Source of the DNA: Blepharisma stoltei ATCC 30299
Taxonomy: Eukaryota; Protista; Ciliophora
Direction of reading: 5' to 3'
NCBI GenBank assembly: GCA_965603825.1
Contig: CBFDEM010000054.1
Coordinates: forward strand, 186,001 to 250,000
DNA length: 64,000 bases
Positions 1 through 12,011 of the stretch are shown in pieces. The notes beneath the pieces are model-generated. The model saw nothing but the letters and a program-made list of their open reading frames with translations, did not search any database and was not told the origin of the DNA. The stretch's first letter is position 1, and every line of letters starts with the position of its first letter. The position numbers and the translations under genes were made by a program.

Positions 1-2652
1 TTGGTCCCAATGTCTTGGCTGCAAAGCTGGGCTTCTTAAATCTACTACTACAGGCATCGTATTTTTCAAGTCTTCAACTCTAAGCTTCAACAAATCCGGC
101 ACAAAATTTCCTTGATCTTCTAACGCTCTGCTTCTTATAGCAATTCTATAGTAATTTTCTACATCTTTTCCAATCTGCTCTACATCAATCAGCTTAAACG
201 GTGTAGAATTCCATGTGACGATTTTAGTCCCCCATTCATAAAGGGCAGTCCACATATCGTTTTTCAGCTTAAAATCTCTTCTCATATCAGCTACATAGTC
301 AAAATTGGTCCTTTCTATTTCCAATTCGTCCTGATACGAAGCATAAGCTTTGCTTTCTCCATAAACTTCTTCTACAATTGAGCCAATCTCTTTGAGGAAT
401 ATCACCATCATGCTAGGCTGTGACTCTTTATTAGCAATTCTGTCATCTTTGAGCTTTTCATTGATTTCTTTGACTCTTTTTTCTATGCTTATGATTCCGT
501 CTCTCAGATCTTTTGAAAATTTGATGCGGTCGCCTTCGTCTCTTTCAGAAGCTGTTTGGACCCGCTGTCTGAGTAGGCTTAAAGCTTGAAGACAGTCAGA
601 GTATTTTGTTTTTGTGTTGTCTTCAAGCCTTATCTGGTACATGTCCATTAACTGGTTGAGGTCTTTGATGTCGCTGAACCTTTGGGAAAATTCTCCCATC
701 TTTTCATTGGTTCTTCGTAGGAAGTTGCTATAGTCTATGTACTCTTCTACAACTTTAGGGACATTTACAAGCTTCCTATTAGCTTCGTTGAGCTCTGAAA
801 GCAGCTTAGCAGCCCTTTCTAATGACAGCTCTGGCATTAAGATTTCTAGCTTATTTAAGCACCTTTTTGGAGAAGGCTTTAATTTTTCTTTTAGGTTTTT
901 TGAGTTCAGCTGATAAATTCCTACAGTTTCTGTCTCTTTCATATGAGTGAATTCCTGGATTTGTGCTTTGTATTTGTCGATGGCTTTTTTAAACTCTTCC
1001 AGCTCAGAAGCTCTGAAGAACTGAATGTCCATATTTTCATTATCATTATAAGTCTTCAATTGAGGCTCAAATATTTGAGAATACTCAATCACTAAGTCAA
1101 AGGCTCTTTGGATAGATTCTTTTATCTTGGAATCTAAATATCTGATCTGTTCATCATTAATGACCATCTGTAATAAATCAAGCTCTTCTTCAAACTGCCG
1201 GTCTTCAAAATCTTCAAGCATTGAGGTAAATTTCTCGAAATCTGAAGCACTGATAAGCAGCTCATTGTTGCAGACAACAGTGATCCCTTTCATTAAAGCA
1301 TCTTCCATAGATTGTTTTATTTCTTCTGCTGTCGGGTCAAACACCATGTCCATTCCTTCAAAGTTTCCGAAAATGCTTAAAAGAGGCATAGGAACTTTTC
1401 GACTGCCTCGAGCTTTTACTAGACGAGCTTCTTCATGCTGCAAAAAGGTATTTAAAATTTTTTGGGTTGATTGGTAGCATAATGATACCTTTGAGTCAAT
1501 AATTTGATAGTCGCAGAGCCTTATATACTTAGTAAGGCGCATATAATGAGTCCTTATAATAGCTTCTTGAGTATATGGCATCTGTTTATTGGTATTGTCT
1601 CCAATTAGAAAAGATTCTGGGTTTTCCTCTTGATCTACATCTTGGTTTTGAATTGTAGTCCTATTTTCTTTCTGGAACTGCTCCATTGAGTCTGTTGTAG
1701 CTCTGGAAATCACAGTTTTAATATTTCCTTCAATTTCTTCTAAAAGCTCAGCAACTTTTTCTCTTTTAGAGTTCTGGTCAGTATTAAACTGTTTAATAGC
1801 TCTCACATCTTCTGTAGACAAATCTATAATATCAGCTTTCATGATTCTATAAGTCTGAGTTCTTAGCTGCAGCAGAGGCTCCCTTAATATATCATCTAAT
1901 ATAAACAGTTGCGTTTTAAGGAATTCTGCTCTATCTTTTATCATGCTTCTGCGTCTCAAGTTCTTCCACAATGAAAAGTTTTTCCACTTTTTATATTGTT
2001 TGAAAAAGTTGATTTTTTTGAGGTGTTGATACAATTTATACTCTCTATCCCACTCTTCTAATGTCAAAAACTCAGTCGTCCCATTCATAAAATAAGTGAC
2101 GCCTCTTGAAGAAATGGTCAGATATTGGTTTGGGTCTCTTTTTTGATAAGTCACAAATTCAAAGTCATAAGGGTCTTCTTTTCGGTTGAGGTACCAAAAA
2201 TCGTCAGCTAGGTCAGGATCATATTTAATCATATGCAGGATTTCAAACGGAGATGTAGTTTTCCCAGGAGATGTCGGCCCTTGGCTTTTAGGAAATTCAG
2301 AATCTCCATGCACATATACGCTGCGCTTTTCTTTAAGCTTAGGCAGTACTTTTGAAGAGAATTTTGGTAGCTCAGTAGAAACTTGAAGAGGAGTAAGTTT
2401 TTCTTCTAATCGAAAAGTTGTATCTAAATTTAAGTGGCCAGTTACTTTATTGCGAATGTGAGGAGAAATTGGATCAAGCTTTATAGGTTTACTTGTACGG
2501 AAGGACGTGACCATCTTTGGAGTTAAAGGAATTGAGGACACTCGTTTGCGATCTGTTGACTCAGACCTTCTTTGAAATGATTTATTCAGAGGGGACTGTT
2601 TTGAGCCAGGGGTAAAATAAAGCCTCTGTGCTAACTGCTTTCTTGGGTCCAT
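1..2652 (-). CDS. Axonemal (inner-arm type) dynein heavy chain, N-terminal part; runs off the window
   Basis: ATG at 2652 (MDPRKQ) opens 884 codons to base 1. It contains GVTYFMNGTTEFLTLEEWDREY..FFKQYKKWKNFSLWK and the DHC_N2-type VVDLRSPALQPRHWDQ. It is absent from the ORF track, consistent with no stop inside the window. Confidence 0.9.
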   Translation of the reverse strand, partial: MDPRKQLAQRLYFTPGSKQSPLNKSFQRRSESTDRKRVSSIPLTPKMVTSFRTSKPIKLDPISPHIRNKVTGHLNLDTTFRLEEKLTPLQVSTELPKFSSKVLPKLKEKRSVYVHGDSEFPKSQGPTSPGKTTSPFEILHMIKYDPDLADDFWYLNRKEDPYDFEFVTYQKRDPNQYLTISSRGVTYFMNGTTEFLTLEEWDREYKLYQHLKKINFFKQYKKWKNFSLWKNLRRRSMIKDRAEFLKTQLFILDDILREPLLQLRTQTYRIMKADIIDLSTEDVRAIKQFNTDQNSKREKVAELLEEIEGNIKTVISRATTDSMEQFQKENRTTIQNQDVDQEENPESFLIGDNTNKQMPYTQEAIIRTHYMRLTKYIRLCDYQIIDSKVSLCYQSTQKILNTFLQHEEARLVKARGSRKVPMPLLSIFGNFEGMDMVFDPTAEEIKQSMEDALMKGITVVCNNELLISASDFEKFTSMLEDFEDRQFEEELDLLQMVINDEQIRYLDSKIKESIQRAFDLVIEYSQIFEPQLKTYNDNENMDIQFFRASELEEFKKAIDKYKAQIQEFTHMKETETVGIYQLNSKNLKEKLKPSPKRCLNKLEILMPELSLERAAKLLSELNEANRKLVNVPKVVEEYIDYSNFLRRTNEKMGEFSQRFSDIKDLNQLMDMYQIRLEDNTKTKYSDCLQALSLLRQRVQTASERDEGDRIKFSKDLRDGIISIEKRVKEINEKLKDDRIANKESQPSMMVIFLKEIGSIVEEVYGESKAYASYQDELEIERTNFDYVADMRRDFKLKNDMWTALYEWGTKIVTWNSTPFKLIDVEQIGKDVENYYRIAIRSRALEDQGNFVPDLLKLRVEDLKNTMPVVVDLRSPALQPRHWDQ

Positions 2653-2782
2653 ATTATTATGGAGATTGAAGTTTGAATAAAGAAATTTGAAGTGAAGAAA
2701 TGTAATATTTTGGTTAATAAGGTAAATTAATGTATTTATAAATCCATTTTATATAGGATTCAATATTTTTAAATACAACTTA

Positions 2783-4483
2783 TTAAAATCTAGGGGTCCT
2801 TCTATTGGAAACCGGGGTAAAATCTCGAGTCTGCTGCTTAGGAATCTGCTCAAGAATTTTCGCTTTAAAAGCTGAAGCGATTTTATTTTCTTTTGAAATT
2901 GATTCTAGAGTTCCTGAAGAGTTCATCAAGTCTGAAACGTTAGATGCATTTGCGAAATTTTCAATATCTTCTTTTGAAAACACCATCACAGTTTTGCTTT
3001 TTCCTAGCTTTGGCTCTGAGCTTCTTGATCTTTTTGGGGTGTTTTCTTCTTCGTCTGCTTTCTTTTTGCCTTGCAAGGAGTAAACTTTGAGAAATTCTTC
3101 AATAAACATGTAACCTCCTCCAACTCTGATAACTGGCGCACCATTTCTTAAGCTGATGCTGACTCTTTTATTTCCAAAATTATAAACTCCTTCTGAAATT
3201 TTGTTAAACGGGTTTTTGATGCCTAATCTTTGCAAGTATCCTTTTAGCTCATAATCGATATGATCAAGCTTCAAATTCTTTGCTGATTTTTCAGATAACG
3301 TCTGCACCTGATAAGTAAGGTCATTATTTTCTTCTTCTTGCCTTATCAATGTAACCCTTAGCTGGTCAAGAGCTTCTTTCAGTTGATAATTTTCTTCTGA
3401 AACATCCTGTGAGCTCTGTGCAATCGCTTTATTTTCATTTTCCAGCTGCTGAACTTTAGCTGTAAGTTCTTCAATTTTTCTTTGAGAATCAGATTTTTGG
3501 ACCAAATTTTTCAGTTCATCATTTTTCAATTTTTCCGCCAAAGAATTGAGCTTATTTACCAAAGCTTGGTTTTCTAAATGCAGCTGGCTATTTGCATTAT
3601 CATTTGCTTTGTTTGCTTCTATCCTTAAATGTGCATTTTTTAGCTCTTCCTGTATTTCTTTTCTCTTCTGCTCCGATTCTCTCAGCATGCACGCTAAATC
3701 TACTTTAGGCTCTATATTAGTACTAAATATTTGTCCCATAGAAATCTGATTTTTCAGCATAGAATTCTGATTCCTAATCTTCGTAATTTCTACCTCTAAA
3801 GCCAAGCATTTTTCCTCAGTGCAAATTGTTTTAACTTTTGCCTCCTTCAGCTCATTGATATAGATTTTTTCTTTCTCCTCAAAATCATTGATGCATTTTT
3901 TCAGCTGTTCTCGTAACCCTTCACAGACTTCTCGGAGCTTATTTACTTCTTGTTTGCTGGCATATAATAAATCTTTGACGTGGTTGCAAAAAAGCTCTTT
4001 TTGTTCTAGTTCAAGCTGAATTGAGTCCATTAAGGCTCCTTTTACAGGAGCAGAGACTTGGTCTTTGGTGTCAAATTGGCTTTGGTTTTGAGGTGTACGT
4101 ATAATTTCTGGTGTGGAAGGCAAAGAATATTCGCTGATTTCTCGGCGCTCGATAACTGGGGATAGAACTGAAATTTCTGTTATTGAAAGAAGCACGCGAG
4201 GATCCGAAAACTCTTCTTCAACAGAATCAAGCTCTAAGTATGGGCATCCGAGAGGGAATCAGTGGCTTTTATGCCCGTGAAGAAGCTTCATAGGCAGTTT
4301 GAAGCCAAAAACTTCTCCGTTTGATCTATAAATTCCTAGAGAAAAGTTTCCTTGGCCATAAATTTCAAAGGTATCTGTGTCATATAGCCTCTGCTCCATA
4401 GAATCTAAAGCTATTTTGTATTCATAAGGTCCTTGAGCGAGGCCTTGGACTTCTAGGATGCTTATTTCAAATTTGTACTTCAT
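2783..4483 (-). CDS. Coiled-coil protein with C-terminal GAS2/GAR domain and possible C2-like N-terminus
   Basis: ORFs 4259-4483 and 2783-4195 are in frame across TGA(Trp) 4259-4261. GAR motif EGVYNFGNKRV..VIRVGGGYMFIEEFL. Confidence 0.8.
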
Positions 4484-4617
4484 CGTTAGAATTTCAATTT
4501 AAATTAATAAAAGAGCATTCTTAAATTTTCATAACAAAAAAATTCAATTATATTTTAATTTAAATAAATCATTGTGATAAGCAGCTTTCTCTCTGAATTA
4601 ATAAGTTTATAATAAAA

Positions 4618-5529
4618 ATGCTGATTCCTAATAGAAAAAGAATCACAATTAAACTTGTTTTAGATTGCCTTTACATCGGCTGCGCTATATCTTTATACTT
4701 TATTGATATTTTCCAATACATGGACCACTATTATATCGGGCTGACTTATATTACTTACGAATACTCTTATAATGGCCTAGATGCATTTGTGACAGCCTCA
4801 TTTAATGATTTTGATGACCACTTTTGTGACACAAGCAGCTCAGCAGTTAGCGAAATTTGTGATAATAAAGAAGACTGGCAAACAGCTGGAATCATATTCA
4901 TTATTGTTTCTTCTATTGCACATCTGATAATGGTGTATGGAATGTTGAATTTATTTGGGAAGGCATGCAAATGCACTTTATGGGGATCTTTAAAGATAAA
5001 CGTGCAGCACTATATTTATTCAGCGGTTTATTGTGCAAGTGTGATTACATATGTACTTATTGCTGGGATTTTTACATTAACTCCTCCAAAAGGATATAAC
5101 TCTAATTATGATATAAAAGTCCAGCCTGGAATCATTTTGATGTTCTTTTCAGCTTTTTTCGCAATTATAAGTGTGCTGTATTATCTTCTCTATAAAAATT
5201 CTATGAACTCTGACCCATTTGTAGAGCAAAATGAATATAAAAGTCTTCCTGAAAATAAAGAGGAAAATAAAAGCATTTCTCAAAAAGAAAGCTTTGGGAG
5301 AAAAACAACCCAGAAATATGAAGAAGAAAAAAAAGAGGAAGAAAAGGTGTCAAGGTCATCAGAGTTTTCTGATAATATTGAGTTTGATAAGGACGCTATA
5401 AGCAGTGAAGAAAGCAAAAGCCAAGGAGACAAAAAGAGCCAAAAAAGCGAAGACAAAAAGAGTCAAAAAAGTGAAGACAAAACGAGTCAAAAAAGTAATG
5501 AAAAAACAAAGAAAATTATCGGAAAATAA
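4618..5529 (+). CDS. Four-TM (claudin/amastin-like topology) membrane protein with charged C-terminal tail
   Basis: Four hydrophobic segments, a Cys pair in the first loop, and a K/E/S-rich tail. Confidence 0.7.
   Translation: MLIPNRKRITIKLVLDCLYIGCAISLYFIDIFQYMDHYYIGLTYITYEYSYNGLDAFVTASFNDFDDHFCDTSSSAVSEICDNKEDWQTAGIIFIIVSSIAHLIMVYGMLNLFGKACKCTLWGSLKINVQHYIYSAVYCASVITYVLIAGIFTLTPPKGYNSNYDIKVQPGIILMFFSAFFAIISVLYYLLYKNSMNSDPFVEQNEYKSLPENKEENKSISQKESFGRKTTQKYEEEKKEEEKVSRSSEFSDNIEFDKDAISSEESKSQGDKKSQKSEDKKSQKSEDKTSQKSNEKTKKIIGK
5428..5499 (+). repeat. 3 x 24-nt coding tandem repeat (DKKSQKSE-like)
   Basis: gacaaaaagagccaaaaaagcgaa / gacaaaaagagtcaaaaaagtgaa / gacaaaacgagtcaaaaaagtaat. Confidence 0.9.
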
Positions 5530-5572
5530 TTAATTAGATATTTCTGTAGAAATTTTGGGGTAATTGATTAAT

Positions 5573-7270
5573 TTAAGGATTATTTTTGATTGGTTCCAAG
5601 AATTTAGTAAAATTATCAGTATCAGGAGTTGTCGACCCTGAAATAGTATTAGTAGCATTCAATAAAGGTGACCTGGGCGCTGGTTTAATAGTTTCAAAAG
5701 TATAACCAGACGGCTTAAATGTCTGAATAGGGCTAGGAGCAGTAATTGGTTTATAGCTCGAAACATACCCGATTTTCCCCTTTTCCGCTTCATTTAATTT
5801 CGAATTCAAAAACTGTATTAAATCATGATTAGTCTGCAGTTTCGCCTGCGCATCAGCCAATTGTGCTTTTAAATTCGCTTCTTTTTCTTCCAAGTTCCTC
5901 GTCAAATCATCTTTCCTCACCAATTCTCTTTTTATCTCAGCAATACTTTTATCAGCATTATCCAAAAACTCTTGTTTCTGCTGTATTATACTTTCCTGCT
6001 GGAGCACCACTGTATTTTTTAATTTTAATTTTTGCTTCCCTGTTTTTATTTCGCTTTGCAGCTTTTGAATTATTGAGTTTCCTTTATTTATTTCTCCAGC
6101 ACTTTGGTGTAATTTATCTTCAAGCTTCATAATTGTAGCTTTAAGCATAGATGTGTTGTCCTCTTGCTGTGTCCTTACCACATTGTTAGTTTCTATTAAA
6201 GAGTTTAGTTTTTGGTTCATTTCTTCTTTATCTTGCAGCTGCCTTTCTAAGTGTTGCATTCTCAGTTTGAATTCTGTGATAGATTTCTCGTGCTCGAATT
6301 TGGTGGTTTCTAATGTTTTATTGGAGGTTCGTAATAGGTTAAGCTCGTTTAATGCAAGCTCAAGCTCATGCTCAAGGGATTGAACTCTGGATGTAAGCTC
6401 TCTTTCTCGGCCTTCGAGGGAGCTTTTATTTCCGGTCAGCTCATTTGATTTATTTTGGTATAGTTCTAGCTTGCTTGAAAGCTCGTTTATTTTTTGTTCG
6501 TATCTTTCTGAGGCAAATTTTTTTTCTTCTTCATAGCGCATTTGAGCTGTTCTTTGAGTATCAAGCATTTGCTGCCTTATTGTTTGACAATCAGCCTGCC
6601 CTTGCAGCTTTTGCTCTTCTATTTTTCTTTCACAATCTGCAAACAGTTTTTCATATTGTCTTCTTATGTCATTAAATTCAGCGCTCCTTAGCTCAAGCGC
6701 TTCTTCGCATTTGTGGAATTTCGATTCCCAGTCCTCGCTTCTAGCCTTGAATTCTTTTAAATTTTTTGCTAAATGCGCCTTGATGATTTCATCATTTGCG
6801 CTACGAAAACGCAAAGCTAAATGGTTGAGTTCTCTCATATTGTTATTTTCATTGATTCTTAGAGTTGCCTCTTGATTTGATGCTTTTTGAATGGAGCAGC
6901 TGTACTTGTCCTCATAAGGTTTCATACAAAGCCTTAAAAGTTCTAATATATTGTGAGGGAATGTAAGGAAATCTACATGCAGTAATTGTTCTTGCTTTAT
7001 TACATGGAATCCTTGTTCATCAAGCTCAAGTGCATATAAAAAGAATGGGTCTGCTTCATCTGTAATTTCTATATTAAGAGCAAAGTGGTGGGTGCCTTGT
7101 ATCTGGTTCATGGAAATTTGAAAAATAAGAATTGATGTTTTTTCGTCTCTATCTGAGCTCTTGATTTTGACTGGGACTTGGATTGAAGTGGACTCGAATT
7201 GTTCATAAGATCGAACTTCAGAAATGGAAGAGGCTCGCTGAAGTGAAGAGCTTGAGGAATATCGGCGCAT
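5573..7270 (-). CDS. SAS6: Centriole/basal-body cartwheel protein SAS-6
   Basis: PISA-like head (ITDEADPFFLY..FHVIKQEQLLHVDFLTFP..LNHLALRF) followed by a long coiled coil. Confidence 0.9.
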   Translation of the reverse strand: MRRYSSSSSLQRASSISEVRSYEQFESTSIQVPVKIKSSDRDEKTSILIFQISMNQIQGTHHFALNIEITDEADPFFLYALELDEQGFHVIKQEQLLHVDFLTFPHNILELLRLCMKPYEDKYSCSIQKASNQEATLRINENNNMRELNHLALRFRSANDEIIKAHLAKNLKEFKARSEDWESKFHKCEEALELRSAEFNDIRRQYEKLFADCERKIEEQKLQGQADCQTIRQQMLDTQRTAQMRYEEEKKFASERYEQKINELSSKLELYQNKSNELTGNKSSLEGRERELTSRVQSLEHELELALNELNLLRTSNKTLETTKFEHEKSITEFKLRMQHLERQLQDKEEMNQKLNSLIETNNVVRTQQEDNTSMLKATIMKLEDKLHQSAGEINKGNSIIQKLQSEIKTGKQKLKLKNTVVLQQESIIQQKQEFLDNADKSIAEIKRELVRKDDLTRNLEEKEANLKAQLADAQAKLQTNHDLIQFLNSKLNEAEKGKIGYVSSYKPITAPSPIQTFKPSGYTFETIKPAPRSPLLNATNTISGSTTPDTDNFTKFLEPIKNNP

Positions 7271-7514
7271 ATTTTAAAAAATTTAGAAAATTTATGAAAA
7301 TTTGATAATTATAAATCAAATTGAAATTTATAGGAAAGATGAATGGGGATAATAATGAAAAAGGAGACGAAATAATAAAATAAAATATATTGGGCTTATT
7401 GAAATTCTTAATGGTATACTAATTTTGATAAATTTACTTACCATCGTCTGGTCTTAATAATCTATTTGCTTAGTTAAAGGAATGATTAGTCAATTTTTTG
7501 CCATTTATGGATTA

Positions 7515-8645
7515 CTAACTTATTCTATCATAAATTTTAGCTGACAAACTTCCTAAAGCTTTAAATGCAAAAGAATCTTTTGGAATAAAATGAAGCGATT
7601 TAAGCGCCATATCTAGATGATATAAAGCAAGATTCCTTGTAATATCAATTCCATACTGTTGGGCTGCTCTTTGCCCATGCTCTATATCTCCTGGCTCTTT
7701 AAACTTCCTTTGAACAACCTCCAGCAAAGACGGATCATGAGGAATTGAATATAAAACTGGCCCAGTCGCCAAGCCTTCTTTCATATCATTTAAATTTGGC
7801 TTTCCAAGAGTTTTCTTGTCTCCTGTAAAATCTAAAATATCATCAATATATTGAAAGCCAAGTCCTAAATGTTTTCCAAACTCAAAGCACTCGTCAGGAT
7901 ACCCAGAAAAATACCCAATCCCCTTGCAGCCATGCGCAATCAGCGAAGCAGTCTTAAAATACGTTTTATGGCAATAGCTAATAACATGCTCTTCTAATGA
8001 CTCACAAGCTCCTTCAGCTTGTATCAGTTCTCCTTTTGACAAGTTTTCCATGATCTCTGATATCAAGTTCATCAACCTCATATCATCTAGCAAAGTGCAC
8101 ACATAAGAAGCTGTCGATATTAAATAATTTCCTCCCATAACCGCTGTTTTGTTCCCTACTTTCCTATGAATTGCTTCTTGGCCTCTTCTGGTCTCTCCTT
8201 TATCTATAACATCGTCATGTATCAAGCTTGAACAATGGATCATTTCTATGACCTGAGCAAAAACCATTTGTCCTCTTAAAGGCTTATGCTCCTTAAAATC
8301 CAATTCTGAACTGCCTTGCAAAGCACGAGACAAAGTCAGCATAATTGTGGGTCGGAAATGTTTGCCTGGGAATTTGAAATAGTATTGTGTAATATTGTCG
8401 ATTTCTGCTTCTCCTGTGTATAAGTTATCCATAATTTCTCTATTAAAATCAATCACATCGTCCTTAATAAGTTTGAAAGGGTCAAGAGTCTCAGACACGA
8501 GCTGTTTAAATAAGTTTTCGTTTGTTTCTTTTGAAATCTGCTTGCCGAGAAGGCTGCAAGCGATTTGGCATTCGTTGTAGAGCTCTTTCATGAAGTATTT
8601 CTAGGTAAATGTTACTTTAGACACCAAGGCTTGAGCTAATTTCAT
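7515..8645 (-). CDS. Trans-polyprenyl (solanesyl/decaprenyl) diphosphate synthase; intron 8601-8615
   Basis: GKHFRP, FARM DDVID, RRG, SARM DDILD and KTASL motifs. ATG 8645 joins the ORF through a 15-nt intron. Confidence 0.9.
8601..8615 (-). other. 15-nt spliceosomal intron
   Basis: GTAACATTTACCTAG; contains an in-frame TAG, and removal restores the ORF. Confidence 0.85.
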
Positions 8646-8731
8646 TTTAATTTCTTGAGCTATCTATTATCCATATTAAATTACAATTTTAGCCTATAGA
8701 TTTAGGAATTATTTAAAGAACTCTACATGAG

Positions 8732-10516
8732 TTAAGAGTCACCTTTTCTATGGTCAGTCATAAATACTTGTAAAGGCTTTGGAGCATAGGCGGCTCCGCT
8801 GTATGGGTTTAGTTTTTCGTCAATTAAAAAGGCTTGGAGAATTGTATCGCAGGTCATTTCGTAGACACTCATGAAGATTCCAGCTACTAGGTAACTGACT
8901 ATTATAAAAATGATTGTTGGAGGAAGAGGGTTTTCTATATATTCTTCATAGTAATCGACTTGAGTAATGATCATGTATCCAATAAAACTTGAAATTGCAG
9001 TAATTAGAACTTTTCCTAAAAAGGAAAATACTTCTCCCAAACTTCCTAAAGCAGCAAATCTAGCTGCATTCTCAAGAATGCATATAAAAGCATGCCTTGC
9101 ACTAACACAAAAGCTGTCTCCAGTTAACGCGATTTGAATATACGCGTTTTTATTAATAAATTTAATAAACCTTTCTAAACAGCTAACATAGCACGCAACA
9201 CATCCGCACAAAAATTTCACACATTTATTTCCCTCCAATACTTGCTTATATACATATTTTCGCAAGAAAACCAAATACCACTTCACGAACCTTATAAGAG
9301 CAAGCAAAAATGACCCAAACGCCAGCGAGCCTAAATGGTAACGAAAAGCATAATAAGTGCTTCTGCAAATCGGCCCAAGCCCTACATGTCCTTTTGTTTC
9401 TGAAAAATACCAAATACAAACGCTGCACGCAATTATGAATTGGACAAGCGCAACCTTAAAAGAATTAACCCACAGAATCGCGACAAGTTCGAAATAAAAA
9501 GAATTTCTCTCTGACTCATCCCATGAAATATGGGCCATTTTTCCTTCTTCATCTTTATGATACATTCCTCCAGATGAGTAAATATAAACGAGCGAAAGGA
9601 TCCAATAACAGAAAAATCCTACACTAAACACAAAGACCAAGACAGGGACTAAAAGAATAATCCAGGCATCTTTTAAAAATATTGCGCCTGATTTCATAAT
9701 TGCGATAGCGAGTCTAATTCTTTTGTACATAAATAATATAAAAATAAGAAAAACGGCGACTGCTCCGAACATAATGTAAGAGGCAATTTTAATAGCCTCT
9801 CTTGTTTTTTTGTGCTGCTTTCCACTGTAAGTTGTTTCTGAAGTGTGATACAAAAAATATGCAAAGCCAGTGATCGCAAGCAGACAAGCCAAAATCATGC
9901 ATCACACAATAACGCCTACGCAGTATCTTAGTAAGCCAAGGTAGATAATTGATACCACGATGGATACTCCAAGCACAATAAGAGTAGCTGTCCAAGCTTC
10001 ATAAATATCAGTAGCCCATCCTTTTAAATTGTCGTCATAAATGATATCCATCACATCATCAAAAGCCTCATTTAAGTCATCATCATCAGGAATGCAAAAT
10101 CTTTTAAGGAAGGACTGGCTTTGATATGAAGGAACTGGGGTAAAATCTGTATCATTATATTTTAGTAAGAATGTACAGTCTGTTACCCACCGGTTAGGAT
10201 AACACTCTATGTTTTTTTGGTTATATTGTTTTGGACAGTGTTTAACACAAACTTTATAGTCTGGGTCGTGTATTGGAGATGGGTAATATAAATACTTGTA
10301 GTCGCTTGTAACTCGACCGTCTCGGCCACATTGAAAGCCTGAAGAGTCGTGGGGGTAAATTAGCAAGTAGGGATCGCCGTTTTCAAACCCAATGACTGCG
10401 ACAGTCACCATGGCGCCTATAAATAGACTAAAAGCAATACAGAAAAGACAATCTGTGCATCTACGTCTTCCCACAGGTCCTGCTTTTAGCTCAGGGATAG
10501 GTTTATAATCCGTCAT
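8732..10516 (-). CDS. Choline transporter-like (CTL/SLC44) protein
   Basis: RRCTDCLFC, RYHLGSLAFGS and FINKNAYIQIALTGDSFC motifs. Two track ORFs join in frame at TGA 9902-9904; ATG at 10516. Confidence 0.92.
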
Positions 10517-11170
10517 ATTTTTCAACAAGATAAATATAGATGTTGATGTTGATTAAATATGTAGGTTTAATATTTATTTAATGCAATGTGCGGATTTTTC
10601 ATAATCGTTTTAAATCGTTAGGCTAGAGATTTCTTTTCTAATCAGCTGCCTTTAAAATTTATTTTATTCTCCTATACGTAATTTCAGTTCCAAGATGTCT
10701 AAGCTATTTAGATGAATTCTATTTTATTAAAGATCAGTTTTGAAACATATCTTTAAATCCGATTTGCTATTAAATGTAGGAAATTAGATCAACACTATTT
10801 AGACATAAATTATCTCAAATTATAATCAGTTTTTCTTATCTATCTTGATATATATTATTATTCCGCATCAAGTTCATTATTAGCAAAACCTTGTTTTATT
10901 TCTTCTAAGCAGCTCTAAATTATGCTAATAAGAACATTATATAAAGTTTGAATCTTTTTTAAAAGGTATTATGGGAAAAGAAAAATTATAAAATTTATAC
11001 TTTTATAACAATCCAAATTTTAAATTTTTTTGTTAAATTATATATTATTAAATTGTGAATCAGTTAAGAAATCAAAGATATTCCAATTATTTTAATAATT
11101 TATGCGCTATTTTAGTCATGCATGCTATAACCTTTCAGTGTACAGTCAACAAAATTATTTTATGCAATCA

Positions 11171-11809
11171 TTATCTATATTTATCCAAAATATTTTTGGC
11201 TTGTCCTTCCATACTACCCATAACTGTCTTCTGCTTTAAAATTTCTTCTTCCTCCGCCTTCCTCAAGTCATTAGCAATTTTTTCTGCATCCAAATACGCT
11301 TCTCTTTCTTTTGCTTCTCTTTGCTCTTTCAATACATTTGGATCAATCTTCGTTTCTACTTCTTCCTCAACATCAATTTCAGGTGCTTCAGGCGATTTCC
11401 TTTCATCAGCATATCCTCCAGGCTTTTCTTTGAATTCTTCAGGCTCCTCAATTTGATTTTTATCAATTTGGAATACTTGTTCACTAACTGTTTCTATTTT
11501 TTCATTGGAAGTTTCATCAATTGGAAGAGGAATAGGTGGAGGACGGGCAGGTGGATTTGTGTTTGAGTTATTGGTAACATTTTCTTTGCTTAATTGTGGA
11601 GCAGCAGCTGGTGGTAAGTTTTCTGGCTTTTTACGGTTAGAAACTCGTACTCGCTCTGATTGAGATTTTAGAACTCTTCCAAATCCATCTAAAACTTCAG
11701 GTGGGAGCTTATTATTGGGATCTAAATAAAATTTACTTGGTGGCATTTGTCTTGCTTTAACACTATATGAACTCACTACAGATGCGCTTTTGTGTTGCCC
11801 ACTACCCAT
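11171..11809 (-). CDS. Hypothetical protein (MGSG start, Pro/Glu-rich)
   Basis: 212-aa ATG-TAA ORF flanked by AT-rich spacers. Confidence 0.7.
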   Translation of the reverse strand: MGSGQHKSASVVSSYSVKARQMPPSKFYLDPNNKLPPEVLDGFGRVLKSQSERVRVSNRKKPENLPPAAAPQLSKENVTNNSNTNPPARPPPIPLPIDETSNEKIETVSEQVFQIDKNQIEEPEEFKEKPGGYADERKSPEAPEIDVEEEVETKIDPNVLKEQREAKEREAYLDAEKIANDLRKAEEEEILKQKTVMGSMEGQAKNILDKYR

Positions 11810-12011
11810 TTATTCAGTTTATTAAGATTTCTTAATGGTGGAGATCTTGATGCGCTCGCCATAAATTTTTTTTCTATTTTCTATGAATTCAATTAATTGG
11901 TTAAAATATTCTCAAAATTAAATAAATTAATTTTTTAGGAAGCAGAAGACTATTAATTTATAAAACATGTTGTTTTAATTGAAGTGAAATAAATAAAACT
12001 AAATATAATAA

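Noticed and set aside
392-3749. Plus-strand track ORFs at 392, 1127, 2186, 2805 and 3546, and similar short antisense or off-frame ORFs elsewhere
   Set aside because: They are Ser/Leu/Phe-rich shadows of real genes on the opposite strand or in another frame.
5428-5499. Short repeats as a CRISPR array or mobile element
   Set aside because: Spacerless in-frame coding repeat in a eukaryotic gene; no cas or transposase genes in the window.
10530-11170. Long AT-rich spacers (also 31260-31770, 48110-48740 and 50255-50670) as IESs, MITEs or ncRNA
   Set aside because: No terminal inverted repeats, cloverleaf, telomeric repeats or interrupted gene were recognised; this cannot be supported without read data.
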